Shown: positions 24,001 through 37,000 of the stretch, piece after piece
Layout of the letters: each line of letters opens with the position of its first letter
How positions within the stretch are numbered: position 1 is the stretch's first letter
Source: Eukaryota sp. GEM-RC1
Taxonomy: Eukaryota
Reading direction: 5' to 3'
DNA: 64,000 bases
Assembly: GCA_040285855.1 (NCBI GenBank)
Contig: JAUFOQ010000016.1
Location: 1,674,001-1,738,000, forward strand
Notes under the pieces: generated by a model
The model's database searches: none
Seen by the model: only the letters and a program-made list of their open reading frames with translations
What the model was told of the DNA's origin: nothing
Program-made: the position numbers and the translations under genes

Positions 24001-27000
24001 TATTTGAAGAGACCATTGACAACTCTGGTTGCACGATAGAATTGGATGATCCTAATAGAAGAAAGGAGCTTCTGAGCCTACTCAGTAAATACAAACAGGT
24101 GTTCTCTGAAGAGATACATCCAGATGGTATCGATTGTCCACCGATGACCATTCCGTTTTACGATGAATTTGTCACTGTATTTCGTCCTCCTAGAAGGCTT
24201 AACCCTGAAAAACAGCGTATAGCCAAAGAAATTTTTAACGAACTTATACGACAAGAATGGGCTGTACCATCGACTGGTAAGTTCAGTAGTCCCATTGTGC
24301 TCGTTGTTTATAACGACCACAAAAAGAAGCCTCGTTTGACTGGTGACTTCCAGTGGACCAGACGGGATTAACGCTAATACCAGACCGGTGAAACCAAACT
24401 TACCTCGGATCTGTGATGTTCTAGAGTTCCTTTCGAAAGCAAATTTTATTGGAACACTCGACCTTCCTAAAGCATTCTGGCAGCTAAACGTAGCTGAGGA
24501 CGATGTTGAGAAGACCAGTGTGTCTATACCTGGAATGTCAATTAGCTTCAAACGAGCATGTTTTGGTTTGAAAAACGTACCAGCGATTTTCCAAAACATC
24601 ATGATGGAAATATTCGATGTGGAAGGTGTATTCATTTATATAGACGATATAATTGTAGTAGGTGACACGTTCGAACAGTTTATTTCAAGAATAAATCTAG
24701 TACTGGAACGAGCAGAACGTTTTAGAGTACGGATTGGATTACGGAAGTGTAGGTTCACCACTTCTAAACATCCTAATAAGATTCTGGGCAGCAATGTTTG
24801 CAACAAAACCCGCAGCATTGATGAGAAGAGAGTTTCGGCTTTGATTGAGCTTCCAGCTCCTTCAACTTTACCCGAGGTAAGAAGTTTACTTGGCGCATTA
24901 AATTATGTTCGTGAATGGATTCCGAATTATTCAAATTTGACTGCTGCAATCAATGAACTCACTCGCGGAAAACCAAAGAAGATTCTTTGGACTAAAGACC
25001 ATGATGCTTTACTCGCACAACTCAAGTCCGAGATACTAAACCACATGGCATTGGACTTACCTGATACTGATAAGAATATTATCATATCAACTGATGCATC
25101 CGACATTGCTGTTGGTGGTGTGATCTGGCAGGAAGAAAATCCCCCAGCTCCTCCAGGTACTCCGTTAGAAGAACGTAGAGTCAGACCTGTGTCTTTTTAT
25201 AGCCGTTTACTCAATGATAGTCAACAGAATTGGGCAACTATCCAGAAAGAGTTGTATGCCATTCTCTTGATTCTGACCGAATCTAGTTTAGAAGGTTTCC
25301 TGTTAAGTAGGCACTTGACGATCTTCACTGATCATAGGAACCTTGCCTATCTAATATCAGCTCCAGAGAAGAATCGCATTGTGAAACGATGGATTCCCAT
25401 TTTATCTGAGTTTGATTTTGAGATTGTGCACGTAGCTGGTACAAACAATCACTGGGCTGACATTTTGTCACGTGTCATTGACCGACGTCCAGTTGAATCA
25501 ATCAAATCTTTGATGATCTCAAATCTGTCCATCAAAAATGATATAACCCTTTCTCACGAAGGCTTACGCTATGATGATGCAGATTATTTTGAGATGCTCC
25601 CACGTAACACCAACGTGCTAGCTATCAAGTGTCTTCGTGACCTCTCATCCGACAATAAAATCCCTTTATTTGATTCTTGGCTATCAACCATCAGGTTGGA
25701 ACAACGTAAAGCGATAGAACAAGGAGATCATCTGTTCACTGACGCGACTTTGTGTACAACGAGCAACGTTTACATAAACTCTAAGAACAAGATATTGATT
25801 CCATCCAGTTTGGTAAAGAAGGTTCTTTACATGCTGCATGGATTAGTCCAGTCAGGACATCCAAACAAGAAACAAAGTTTGGACACACTGTGCAATAGTG
25901 GTTACTTTTGGCCAAGTATGAAAGCTGACATGAAGAAACATGTTGAGCAATGTCCCTCGTGTCAGAAAACGGCACCTGTTCCCAAAAAGATTATTGAATC
26001 AACGGGTTCCTTGTGGGCTGATAGACCTTTTGCTAGACTCAACGTCGACACAATTGGTCCACTTCCAAAAGATCAGAGTGGAAACCAATACCTCTTGGTG
26101 TTTGTAGATTCTTTCACCAGATACACCATTCTGAGCCCCCTCGAAGAACTCAACAGTAAAGAAGTAGCATATTGTCTTGTGTGGGATGTAATTGCTATCT
26201 TCGGAATACCGTTGTGTATCCATAGTGATAATGGTACGGAGTTTGCCAATGCTATTTTCGAGGCAGTTTGTAACCTACTGGCGATTGAAGTAAGTCTTTC
26301 GATTCCTCATTTCTCGCAGAGTAATGGGCTGGTGGAACGACGTCACAGAGACGTTCTGCAGAGCCTACGTCGTCTCCTTGTGGACTTCAATGATTACGAC
26401 AATTGGTCAACGTACATTCCAACTGTACAGTTGCAAATCAACGCAACAAAGAGCTCTGTTACTGGGCATACTCCCTACGAACTGATGTTTGGTAGCGATT
26501 TAAGTCCTGGTGCAGATCCTAGTAATTTACTAGATGCTGTTGAGAAATCAACAAAGAATGTTCTGTTTATTAACGACATTAAAATGAAACTAGATCGACT
26601 AACAAAAAGAGAGAAGAGGCAGAGATTCGACAATCGTCAGTCAAGCCCAAGAAGAATTCTGAGTCTAGTCAATCATTTAAGATTGGAGATCTTGTCTTGA
26701 AAGTCTCAAAAACTAGTAAGCTCCACGGTAATTACTCTGGGCCTTTTCTAGTGGTATCAATCGATTCGAAGTCGTCAATGTCTTTGAAGAATCTGATCAC
26801 TGGTCATGTTAGTAAGACTAGCATGCATCAATGCAAGATCTTTCAATCAGATCTTCCAGCTGATCATGACATCCATAGAGCAATTGCCTCTGGAGATTCT
26901 GAAGAACACATCGTGGTTAAGATCCTGGATAGGTTCAATACATTCGATGGTGAGTATTGTACGGTCCTCTGGTTTGGTGGTGATACCTCATCAGTTCCCA

Positions 27001-27242
27001 CTAAAGACATCAAGAACACCAAGGCCTACAGTGAATTTGTAAAATTAGAAAATGTAGATTTATTTCATAGTAATAGTAGAATCAAGACTAGTAACAAGAA
27101 GCCTAAGCTTAAACGTACCTCAAGCAAGAAGAGCAATCCTAAGTCACCCAACGTTAAGACACCTGTGGCTAAGAGAACAAGGAGCTCGAAAGAAGAGAAG
27201 AGGTAATGTTAGCCAAATGTAATAGTATGGTTACGTAGTCAG

Positions 27243-27698
27243 TTATTTCACTTTATAAACACCTTTTACCTTCCCCCATTCTTTCCCCATACCTTCCGGT
27301 ATCAGATTCATCTGTTGTTTGTGTAGAACAGTCCCCACTATAACATTAAAAGGAATGGTGCCTTGACAGTGACTATCAGCATAGTACATCCATGGGATGA
27401 CATCGAGTTGGGAAACTGGACACGAATAGAACACTCTGGTTCTATTTAAAGTGCAGCCACTCTCTGAAAGAAGTAGTGCAAAATTACTAGTGTTTTGTCT
27501 GAATATACAATCATGTACAATATTGATTTTAGTGTTTTTAGGGGTGTTAATTAGATCACATACTAGTACAGTAACTGAACTAACACAAATGTGTTCCATT
27601 TTAATAATCATATTTCTTTTGATTAAATAAGAGATCACCAAAATCACAACAAAAGAGACCAAGTCAGGGTTATACACACACTGGTACATAAAGGACAT
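27243..27698 (-). CDS. Hypothetical protein or gene fragment
   Basis: 151-aa ATG ORF with protein-like composition; no motif recognised. Confidence 0.3.
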   Translation of the reverse strand: MSFMYQCVYNPDLVSFVVILVISYLIKRNMIIKMEHICVSSVTVLVCDLINTPKNTKINIVHDCIFRQNTSNFALLLSESGCTLNRTRVFYSCPVSQLDVIPWMYYADSHCQGTIPFNVIVGTVLHKQQMNLIPEGMGKEWGKVKGVYKVK

Positions 27699-27878
27699 AT
27701 ACTAACAAAAAACTATAAGAAAGAGAAGTAGACGAAAGTACTTAAAGTTTCTTTCAAGTCACAAAAGTTAGTGGACGGAAAGGATGCCATCAGTTGTGAA
27801 CTGCTGGTGTGTTTTATTGTAGTCGATATTCATAAACCCGAATAAATGATACAACAACACATAATTAAAGCAATTTAT

Positions 27879-30443
27879 TTACAAAATCTCAAACATTTCC
27901 AATCCAATCCGAGTCCACTCTCTGATCAACAACGTGTACACTTCAATATCAGTGGCATCTAACAATCCTGGCGCTTTAATATCCTTCTTTAAGATACCCA
28001 ACGCAACAACAGCAGCTGAAAAACCAACTGTAAGCGACATTGCTGTTTCACGTTGACTTCCTCGAACCGCAAGAACCATTTTCTTTTTTTCTTTCTTTCT
28101 TTACCTTTTTCTTCCCATTCTATGTCATGATACATGACAACAAGGTCCGTAGCATTCTCAGGTAACTCTAGTTTGTCTTCTAATAAGTCACAAGTGGCTT
28201 CTAACAGTGTGAATTCTTTTGGAATGGATTCGTCTTTCATAAATCCAAGAACATTCATAGCTTGAGTTACCTCTTCATCAACTTCCTCTCCTTTAGTTCT
28301 TTCATCCCATAGGAACTTCCAGGTGTTAGCAATTGGTTTTGAATCATCTAAATAACCAAACCTTTTCAAATGTTGAATTATTTTGGGAAATGGTGGATAC
28401 CGCAGAGTTCCTCTAATAAAGGTTTGACACTCCCCTTTGATTCGATGTTTCTCCTCAAAGACAACGCTATTCCTGTTACCATAACCCACCAACTTCAACG
28501 GCAAACCAACATTCACTTCCTCAACTCTATCAAAAGGACACTCATTTTCAACAATCACACCATTCTCTCTGTAAGTACTTGGATGTTTAGCAGCCAAAAG
28601 AACCCCTAATGGAGTCCAGCTGAAGCCATATCCAGCAGCTTGTAGAGATGGGTTCAATAGAAGTATCTCTGGTGAAACCAAACCCCCACAAAAGCTTTTA
28701 ATAGACTTAACTACACCATTTCTGCTATGAATACAATCAATCTCTTGCTGTAGCGAGGCCATGTCATATCCGGGATCTAAACCAACACCGTTACAAAACA
28801 CTAAACCTCGTTTGATGATGTCATCTTCAAGAGCTTCCATGGCTGAAGAGACATAGCTAGTTGAAACAAAGTGAACGTTGGTAGCAATGCAGACCTCAGC
28901 CACCAAATGATGAAGCTTAGGTGGAAGAAGAGATATGCAGAGGTCGAAATCAGTCATGAAGGTCTTGAGTTTCTCTTGATCAACAATGTTCATCAACTTT
29001 ACAATAGTATTTGGAAACTTATGATCTTCCACTCTTTTAACCAAATGTTCTTCGTGACTTACCACTGTAACTAACACCTGAGGATGACGTGTTAACTCTC
29101 TAATACAAGGAACGGAAACTCTACCAGCACCACATACGATTACTTTGAATTGTAGAAGTCGTTTGTTACGGCGAAGGTCAGAAATGTATTCAAACTTCTT
29201 GGTAAGTTTCCCATTGGCTGTAATCACTGCACCTTCCAATTCTGGTGAAAGGGTATCATTTGCCAATTGTAGAGCAAAAGATTTGTTCTTTAATGAAAAA
29301 GCTTGACTAGCTTCTAGTGCTAATTCTGATGGCAAATGGTCAATTGACATCACGAGGACTCCTTCCCCTTTAACACCATCTTTTGTAAACGTGGGGTCTT
29401 CTGAATTCCAGAGACAAAAGGGCTCATCGAAAGTAGTGATTTTAGAAACGAATTCAAAAGATCCAAGAACGTCAGCAGATATATCCCCAATGGCAATCAA
29501 CCTCCATGATTGTGACAGTCTGATTGCCTCTGTTGTGGAAAGAAAACGTGGATATTGCTGATCCCAATAGGTTCCATTAAAAATAACTGAAACATAGGGA
29601 GCAATCAGTTTTGAATAAACACTTTCCATATTCTGAGGATTAGCCATGAACTCGTCAACAGAAACGCGTTTTCCTGTTCTTTTATCAACAAACACGTCTC
29701 TCCTTCCAGTTTGAACAATATAGATCAAATTCTGACTGTGATTGCTCATCAAACCTTCCACATCCTTGGCAGAAACCATCTGATGAGGTAAGCAGGTCAG
29801 AATATCCAAGACTCCCCCTTGAAACATCTCCTGATCCAGTGACATTGACAATGAAAGGACAAATAGAAGGATGAAGTCCATGAGTATGGATTGTACTGCC
29901 AATCTTCTCCATTTCTTCCAAGATTGCATTAAGTGAAGCATAATGGTGGGTAAAACCTATCTGAATAAAAGGGGATCCAACTCCTTGGTGTAGAAGTCTG
30001 AGTCCAACTCCAGAAAGAGTATCCACGCATCCACAAAGACCGGCTTCGTAAGAAAACTTAATCAAACGATGTCCTTGTGAGTTCACAATCTTTTCATAAT
30101 CGATCAGTCGAACTTTCTTAGAGAGGATGTCATCTAGCATAGGCATGTTTCTAGGTTGGGCCTTGATAACGTGGCTGAAGAAGACATAGGTCTTGTTGGG
30201 ATATATTCGAGGAAGGGGAACCTGTTTGATGCCAAGAATGATGTCAGCAACTGCAATTTCTTCATCATTTACTAAGATTGCACCTGCTTGTTGAAACTCA
30301 GAGTCGCGAAAGATGCGGAGAGAAGATTTTTCTACATAAACAGTAACCCCTTGAGAGACAAGATAAGCGACGTCAATGGGAGTTAAAGGAGAGCGTCTTT
30401 CCCAGTTATTGAAAGTTTCTCGGCGTATACCGATGCTAAACAT
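27879..30443 (-). CDS. AASS: Bifunctional lysine-ketoglutarate reductase/saccharopine dehydrogenase; frameshifts near 29817 and 28085
   Basis: IGIRRE..NNWERRSPLTP, FFSHVIKAQPRNMPMLD, IGDISAD, SIDHLPSEL, GAGRVS, GLDPGYD, SFCGGL, RGTLRY, AMSLTVG. Confidence 0.93.
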
Positions 30444-31521
30444 TGTTATAAAAGATTCTTTCAAAAAGGAAGAGATATACTTCATTAAGATTTCTGGTAC
30501 TGGGAATCACAGAAAGATAGATGTTATTAAGAAACAGTGATAAGATTGCTTTGCACACCAACCGGGATGCACAACAGGGATGCTGTGAGTTTTGGAGTTC
30601 CATAAGCCGGTGTTTTTTGTTGGTTTTGTGTTTTAGATTTATTCAGTCATTTTGTATTGTGAATTGGATCTTTGCACAATTTCTTTGGTCAAACCTTTTT
30701 GTCTTCTGTTGATACGTCTTGTTGATCAATAGTTTACTTAATCAATTACTGAATTTGGAGGTCTGCTTAAGTTTGTATTCTCAATACCATCAACATAAAT
30801 AAGTAACTGTGAAAGTGGGCTTCATTGTCAATGGAGTTTCGTCCAAGGTTCAGTTGAAGTATAGAAGTCCTAATGCTTCGGGCGACGGTTTTCGTTTCTT
30901 GCTTATATTCTGAACGTCCACACAATGTTAGGGATGTTGTTAGGTTCAGTTGAAGTATTGAAGTGAATACCCAACAATTTGGTAACTGGGATGTTTTCTC
31001 TAAACGTGATGAAATTGTCCAAGACGATGACTCGTTTTTATGTTGTCTTACTCTATTTTTCGGTTTTTCTATTCTAAATTTTTGGTGTTTCTGAAATTTG
31101 ACATTGATTGACATTGAAATTTGATATTGTACAATAACTTGTGAACTGTATTCTGGGACGCACAACACCAACTTTGTTTTTGGGAAATAATGGTTTGAGC
31201 AACTTTCTGTTGTTTTTGGAACTCAGGTTTGAAAAGCTCTTCATGTGCTTTAGCTAAATTTCTCTTTGTTGATTCAATTACAGTTGTTCGTGAACGACTC
31301 ATACTCAACACTGAACTCAGCTCTGATCATCAATAGCAGTATCAAAATCTGGTAGCAATTAATTTGTTACTATGCATTGTCCTTAAAATTATTTGAAATT
31401 GAAGTTTTAGTCATTATTATGCAAAACTCTGATATTACTTCTAGTTTAATTTTGAAATACAACTCTAATCGGCACGACTGACTAATTTTGGAGACATTCA
31501 AAGTTTATTCAAATTTAAAAA

Positions 31522-33972
31522 TTAGAAGATAATTCGGTTATGAGACGTGCTACTCACCAATTGTCTAGTTTCAATGTCCATATTATTTCCCTCCAATTTA
31601 ATCAAAACAGATGAATCAGCTTCCAACACGTTAGCCAATGCAAGAGCCCCTTCTTTCCCTATAGAGTTGTATCTGAGATTGATATTAACCATTGAAGAAC
31701 AATTCTTTAACACTTCAGCCAATACTAAGGCTCCTTCATTACCTAAAGAATTAGAATCTAGATTAATTCTTGTAAGATTTGATCCGGTATTGAGGTCAAA
31801 TGTGTTTAGAATTTTGTACAAATGGTCGGGGCAAAGTCCACAAAACCTAAAGTCAACAATAGTCAACGAATTCTTTTGCTTGATCAAATCACTCAGAATA
31901 GCAACTGTATCATCTGAAAAACGGCATCTTTGAAGAGTAATCTCTTTTAGCTGGAAATCCTTCAAAAACGAGACCATCAAAAGAACGTCATCGGATAATA
32001 ATAGAAATCGGTGTTTAGCTGTATAAACAAACACACCACTTTCTAGATCAACAAAATTGGGAGAAACATCAAGGTGAAGTACAGTCCTGTTGAGTTGTTG
32101 AATTTTAAAATATGTAACAACTATGCCCAAAGTTAAACGATGACAACCTAAACATTGAATTCGATTAATAGGAAAATTGGATTTCACAACATTTAAAAGA
32201 GAAATTAGATCAGAATTTGAAATCAACTTATCATAATGGATAGAACCAAGAGTAAAATCAAAAGAATGAGGAAACACTTCAATATTTGAAGTCAAATGTT
32301 GAGTAGAAATCATTTTAAATATCTTTAAGAGACACGAAAAAGTAATTGCATTATTACTTAATTTAATAACTTTTAACTGGGGACAAATCTGAAGAACTTT
32401 TAGAATTCTACAAACGTCATCATCAGAAAGATCACAATCACTGAAGTCAACAGAAGTCAAGGAGTTGCTGATCCTAATTAAATCACACAGAGCAGTGATG
32501 ACGTCATCCTGAAAACTACACCTTATAAGTGTGAGCTCTTTAAGATTAAATTTTTGAAAACTGATTGTAAAGAAGATATGTCCTCTAAAGTAACAGAATA
32601 GCAATAAAAAGGAGAAAAAATAAATATTCCGCTTTGGATGTTAACAGTGTGAGGTGAAATATATAAATGACATCCAATCTGATTACAATTCTGACCAGCA
32701 TGACTCAAGCAATTTAAACTTAAAGAAGGTAAACCCACTGACTTTAAAGTTGAATTGCCCTCTACACTTCTTAGAATCAATTCAAACTGATTATGATTGA
32801 AAAGTGATCCAACAAGAGTTAGAGCAATCAGACAGTCATTGAGCTCGATCATTTTAATTAGTGATTGGACGTCGTGATCATTGAAGACTGGCTTATTACC
32901 GAGGATTGTCAACTCTAATAAGGAGGAATTTGAAACAAGAGAATTGAAAAGAAGTGAATATGAACAGGAACAATTATGTAACTCTAGATTTTTTAAACAA
33001 GAATTACATTCAAAAACTTCAGTAAAATCTTCAGAACTAAAGTAAACATCATTAAAAATGAGATGTACAATTGAAGAATTAAGTTTGAGAGCAGCAAAAA
33101 CCGAGGGTTCAACTCTGCGAACTAATGGGAAAGCTAATCGATTTAGAGTTGAACTGATAAACAGCGAATTAGAGATATTTGAAATTTGAATAGGAAAATT
33201 GGACAAGTCAATTTCGTGGATACTTTCATTATTGGAAATTGCACTAAAAAGGAGCTCAGCTGCCTCATCAATGAAGGGATCATCAAAAGGATCATAAGAA
33301 AACTTGACCTTGTTGATTGTATGATTCACTGAGAAAACTTCAACCAAATCAAGAGCAATTGGAGTTGTTAAAAATTCAAACTCAACTGAAAGATCTTCAA
33401 CTGTGTCGTTGACAGACAATGATTGACATAGTGATTGGAAGAGATCACTATCATAAAGAACAACATCAAGTCGTTTTAGATTAGAAAAGCAGAGTTGGGA
33501 TGAACCACTTTCAAGAAAATCAAAGTGATTAATGGAGCTCATGTCCAATCGTAATCCGGAAATGATAGAAGAATAACTTTGAAGGGCATGAGAAGTCAAA
33601 GGACGATCTTCAATCAAATAAATAGAATTGACTTTGGACTGGAACGTTGAAGACATAGTAGATAGGAGTTGAAAGTCACTGATAACGACAGGAAAAGTGT
33701 ATCGTTGTAGAAAAAATCTAACTGCAAGTGTAGTTGATTCAAAGAAACGTTGACTAACATAACCAACTTTTGCAAAGGTTGCATGTAGATCCTCGAGAAA
33801 AGACGGAAGAGAACGATGGGGATCCCAACAGTTTAGTTCAAAGTGATGTTGTAGCAGAAACCTGACAAAATGGCAATTGATCAAAACTACACAGGAAAAC
33901 TGAAAATAAGGGAGATTGTCAGAGATATGATCTTCACACATGGATGGAGGAGGAGTTGTATAGGCTCTTAAG
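31522..33972 (-). CDS. RNI/NLRC3-like leucine-rich-repeat protein, main part; frameshift near 32555; 5' end displaced by LTR element 2
   Basis: LTSVDFSDCDL, LTRINLDSNSLGNEGALVLAEVL, INLRYNSIGKEGALALA repeats in ORFs 32523..33941 and 31522..32604. Confidence 0.8.
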
Positions 33973-34065
33973 TGTTACCTGTATGAGACATGTGGTAAGT
34001 ATAAGTGTATTAAATAATGAAATTGGTACTAGAACATCGCCACGTATTAACACCTGTGGCCTACA
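33973..34065 (-). repeat. 3' LTR of element 2 (93 bp, TGT...ACA)
   Basis: Exact match to 39901-39993. Confidence 0.95.
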
Positions 34066-37000
34066 CTACCTCTTCTCTCTCTTCGAGTTCCTAGTTCTCT
34101 TGGCAACAGGTGTTTTACTAGACAGTCCTGAGCTAGATACTCTAGTACGAGGCAAGGGCTTCTTAGGCTTGTGGACTTTACTATCAATACTTTCTAATTT
34201 AATAAACGCAGAATAAGCTTTGGTATTGGAAATATCCTTGGTGGGAACTGAGGAGGTTTCACCACCATACCATAACACAGTACAGTGTTCACCATCGGGG
34301 GTATCATAGCGGTCGAGTATTTCAAGGACGATATGTTCTTCGGAATCGCCTGACGCAACAGCCTTATGGAAATCAGAGTCGTTGGGTAAGTCTGTGAGAT
34401 AGATCTTACATTGGTGTACACTAGCTTTGCTGACGTGACCAGTAATCAGATTCTTGATTGACATTGATGATTGAGAATCAACTGACATTACCAGGAATGG
34501 TCCAGCATAACTACCATGTAGCTTAGATGTCTGTGACTTCTTCAGTACGAGATCACCTATCTTGAACGGGTTACTTTTGTTGGTTTTGCGAGGGGCCTTA
34601 CTTGTTTGACGAGTCTCTGCCTCTTCTCGCTTTTTCGTTAGTCTTTCGAGTTTTAGAGCCATATCTTTTACGAATGGAATCTCAGATCGACTTTGTTCAA
34701 ATGCTTTTAGCATGTTTCCTGGATCAGAACCAGGGCTAATATCACTTCCAAACATCAGTTCATATGGTGAGTGGCCTGTGACACTACTAGTAGTAGCATT
34801 TATTTGAAGTTGTACAGCTGGAATATATCTAGACCAACTATCGTAATCGTTGAAATCTACAAGGAGACGACGTAGACTTTGAAGTACATCCCTGTGTCGA
34901 CGTTCCACCAGACCATTACTTTGAGAGAAATGTGGAATCGAACGACTGATCTCAACGGCCAGCAGGTTACAAACTGCCTCGAATGTGGAGTTAGCAAACT
35001 CCTTGCCGTTATCACTGTGAATCATAAAAGGTACTCCAAAGATAACAACAACATCCCACACTAGACGATGTGCTACCTCGATACTATTTAGTTCTTCGAG
35101 GGGGCTAAGGATAGTATATCTTGTGAACGAATCCACGAAGACCAGTAAGAACTGATTACCATCTTGATCTTTTGGAAGAGGTAGCCACTGTTGAACAGCT
35201 TAGCCAAACTATCTTTCAAGTTTGGGTGTCCTGCTTGGACTAAACCATGCAGCATATCGAGTACTGTTTTCCTCAACGTGCTTGGTATCAGGATTTTCTT
35301 GTCTTTAGATAAGTGTAACATGCTTTCAGAGCATAATAATACCGTGTTCTTAAATAAAGGGTCATTCAACTCATAAGCCTTCAGTTGTTCGGATCTAATG
35401 GTTGACAGCCAAGAGTCGAACAAAGGAAGTTGGTTGTCGACAGATAGTTCCCGTAGATTGTTGATGACATAGGTTGAGTTATCCTTGATGAACCGTAACT
35501 CGGTGTAGTCATCTCCATTGTGTCTCATATCCATTTGATTGAGTACAATGTTCCGATCTGAGACGTGATCTGTCAAAATCACTGATTTGATTGTCTCAAT
35601 GGGACTGCGATCGATTACTCGTGATAGCATGTCAGCCCATTGATTATCTTCTCCTGCAACGTGCTCAATCTCAAAACTATACTCAGAAAATATTGGGATC
35701 CATCGTTTGACAATCCGGTTATTCTCAGGTGCAGTTATGAGAAAGGCAAGGTTCCTATGATCTGTAAAGATCGTCAAGTGTCTACTCATTAGAAACCTTC
35801 CAAGGTTGATTCAGTCAGAATCAACAAAATGGCATACAATTCTTTCTGAATTGCAGCCCAATTCTGCTGACTATTGTTCAAAAGTCTGCTATAAAAAGAG
35901 ATAGGTCGAACCTTTCGATCTTTTAGAGGAGTCCCAGGTGGAGATCGAGGATTTTCTTCCTGCCAAATCACGCCACCTACGGCTATGTTAGATGCATTCG
36001 TGGAGATTATGATGTTCATTTCTTCACTAGGCAAGTCTAAAGCCATATGATTGATTATTAATCCTTTGATTGATTCTAATAATTCATCATGTTCCGTTGT
36101 CCACAGTATCTTCGTAGGTTTGTCACGAGTTAGTGCTACTAATGGAGCTGTCAAATCCGAAAAATTTGGAATGAAGTCTCTTATATAGTTCAAAGCACCA
36201 ATCAGACTTCTAACTTCAGTGAGATTACTTGGAGCTGGTAGGTTCCTCAAAGCAGAAATTCTACTTTCATCGATGCAACGGGTTTTGTTCACAAAGATGC
36301 TGCCTAAAATCTTGATTTTGTGATTACAAGTTACGAAATAACATTTACGTAATCCAAAACGTACACGAAAGCGTCTGGCGCAATCTAGTACTTGTCGTAA
36401 TCGATCCATATATTCTTCAAATGTGTTCCCTATGATTATTATATTGTCAATATAAATAAAAACACCCTCAATGTTGAATATGTCCATCATAATGTTTTGG
36501 AAGATTGCAGGTACATTCTTCAAACCAAAACATGCCCGTTTGAAACTAATTGACATACCAGGTATAGACACAGTTGTCTTGTCGACGTCTTCTTCAGCTA
36601 TTTTGAGTTGCCAAAAAGCTTTTGGAAGATCAACTGTTCCGATGAAGTTTGCATTCGAAAGGAACTCTAGTATATCACAGATCCTGGGAAGATTCGGCTT
36701 CACAGGCTTCGTATTAGCATTTATCCCATTGGGCCCACTGAAATCTCCAGTTAAACGGGGCTTGCGGTGGTCGTTGTGCATCACCAGGACAATGGAATTG
36801 TTGAACGTTCCTGTCGATGGTACGGCCCATCCTTGCAGTATTAGTTCACAAAAAACATCTCATCGGAAACCTGTTGTTATCAGAGTTTAACCGTAGAGGA
36901 GGCATATATACAATGGAGTACTTATCATCATAGAAGGACTTCGACATCAGGTGGCAATCTATACCGTTGGATGTATCTCTTCTAAGAAAACTCGGAGTAT

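Larger units (their letters stand above)
18506..27240 (+). mobile_element. Ty3/Gypsy LTR retrotransposon 1 (chromodomain type); 5' LTR not found, gag interrupted by hAT; both ends approximate
   Basis: Gag knuckle CFNCGIPGHLSSEC (23175-23216), protease FDSAAS, RT LDLPKAFWQ/YIDD, RNase H TDASD, integrase H-H-CPSC with VDT/SDNG/E, chromodomain-like tail, purine tract to 27206 followed by TGT. Confidence 0.9.

Noticed and set aside
27207..27261. Complete 55-bp 3' LTR for element 1 (TGT...ACA)
   Set aside because: No second copy or TSD is available to confirm the boundary.
30767..31311. ORFs with a repeated TSILQLNL
   Set aside because: Look like decayed LRR-gene debris; no coherent frame.
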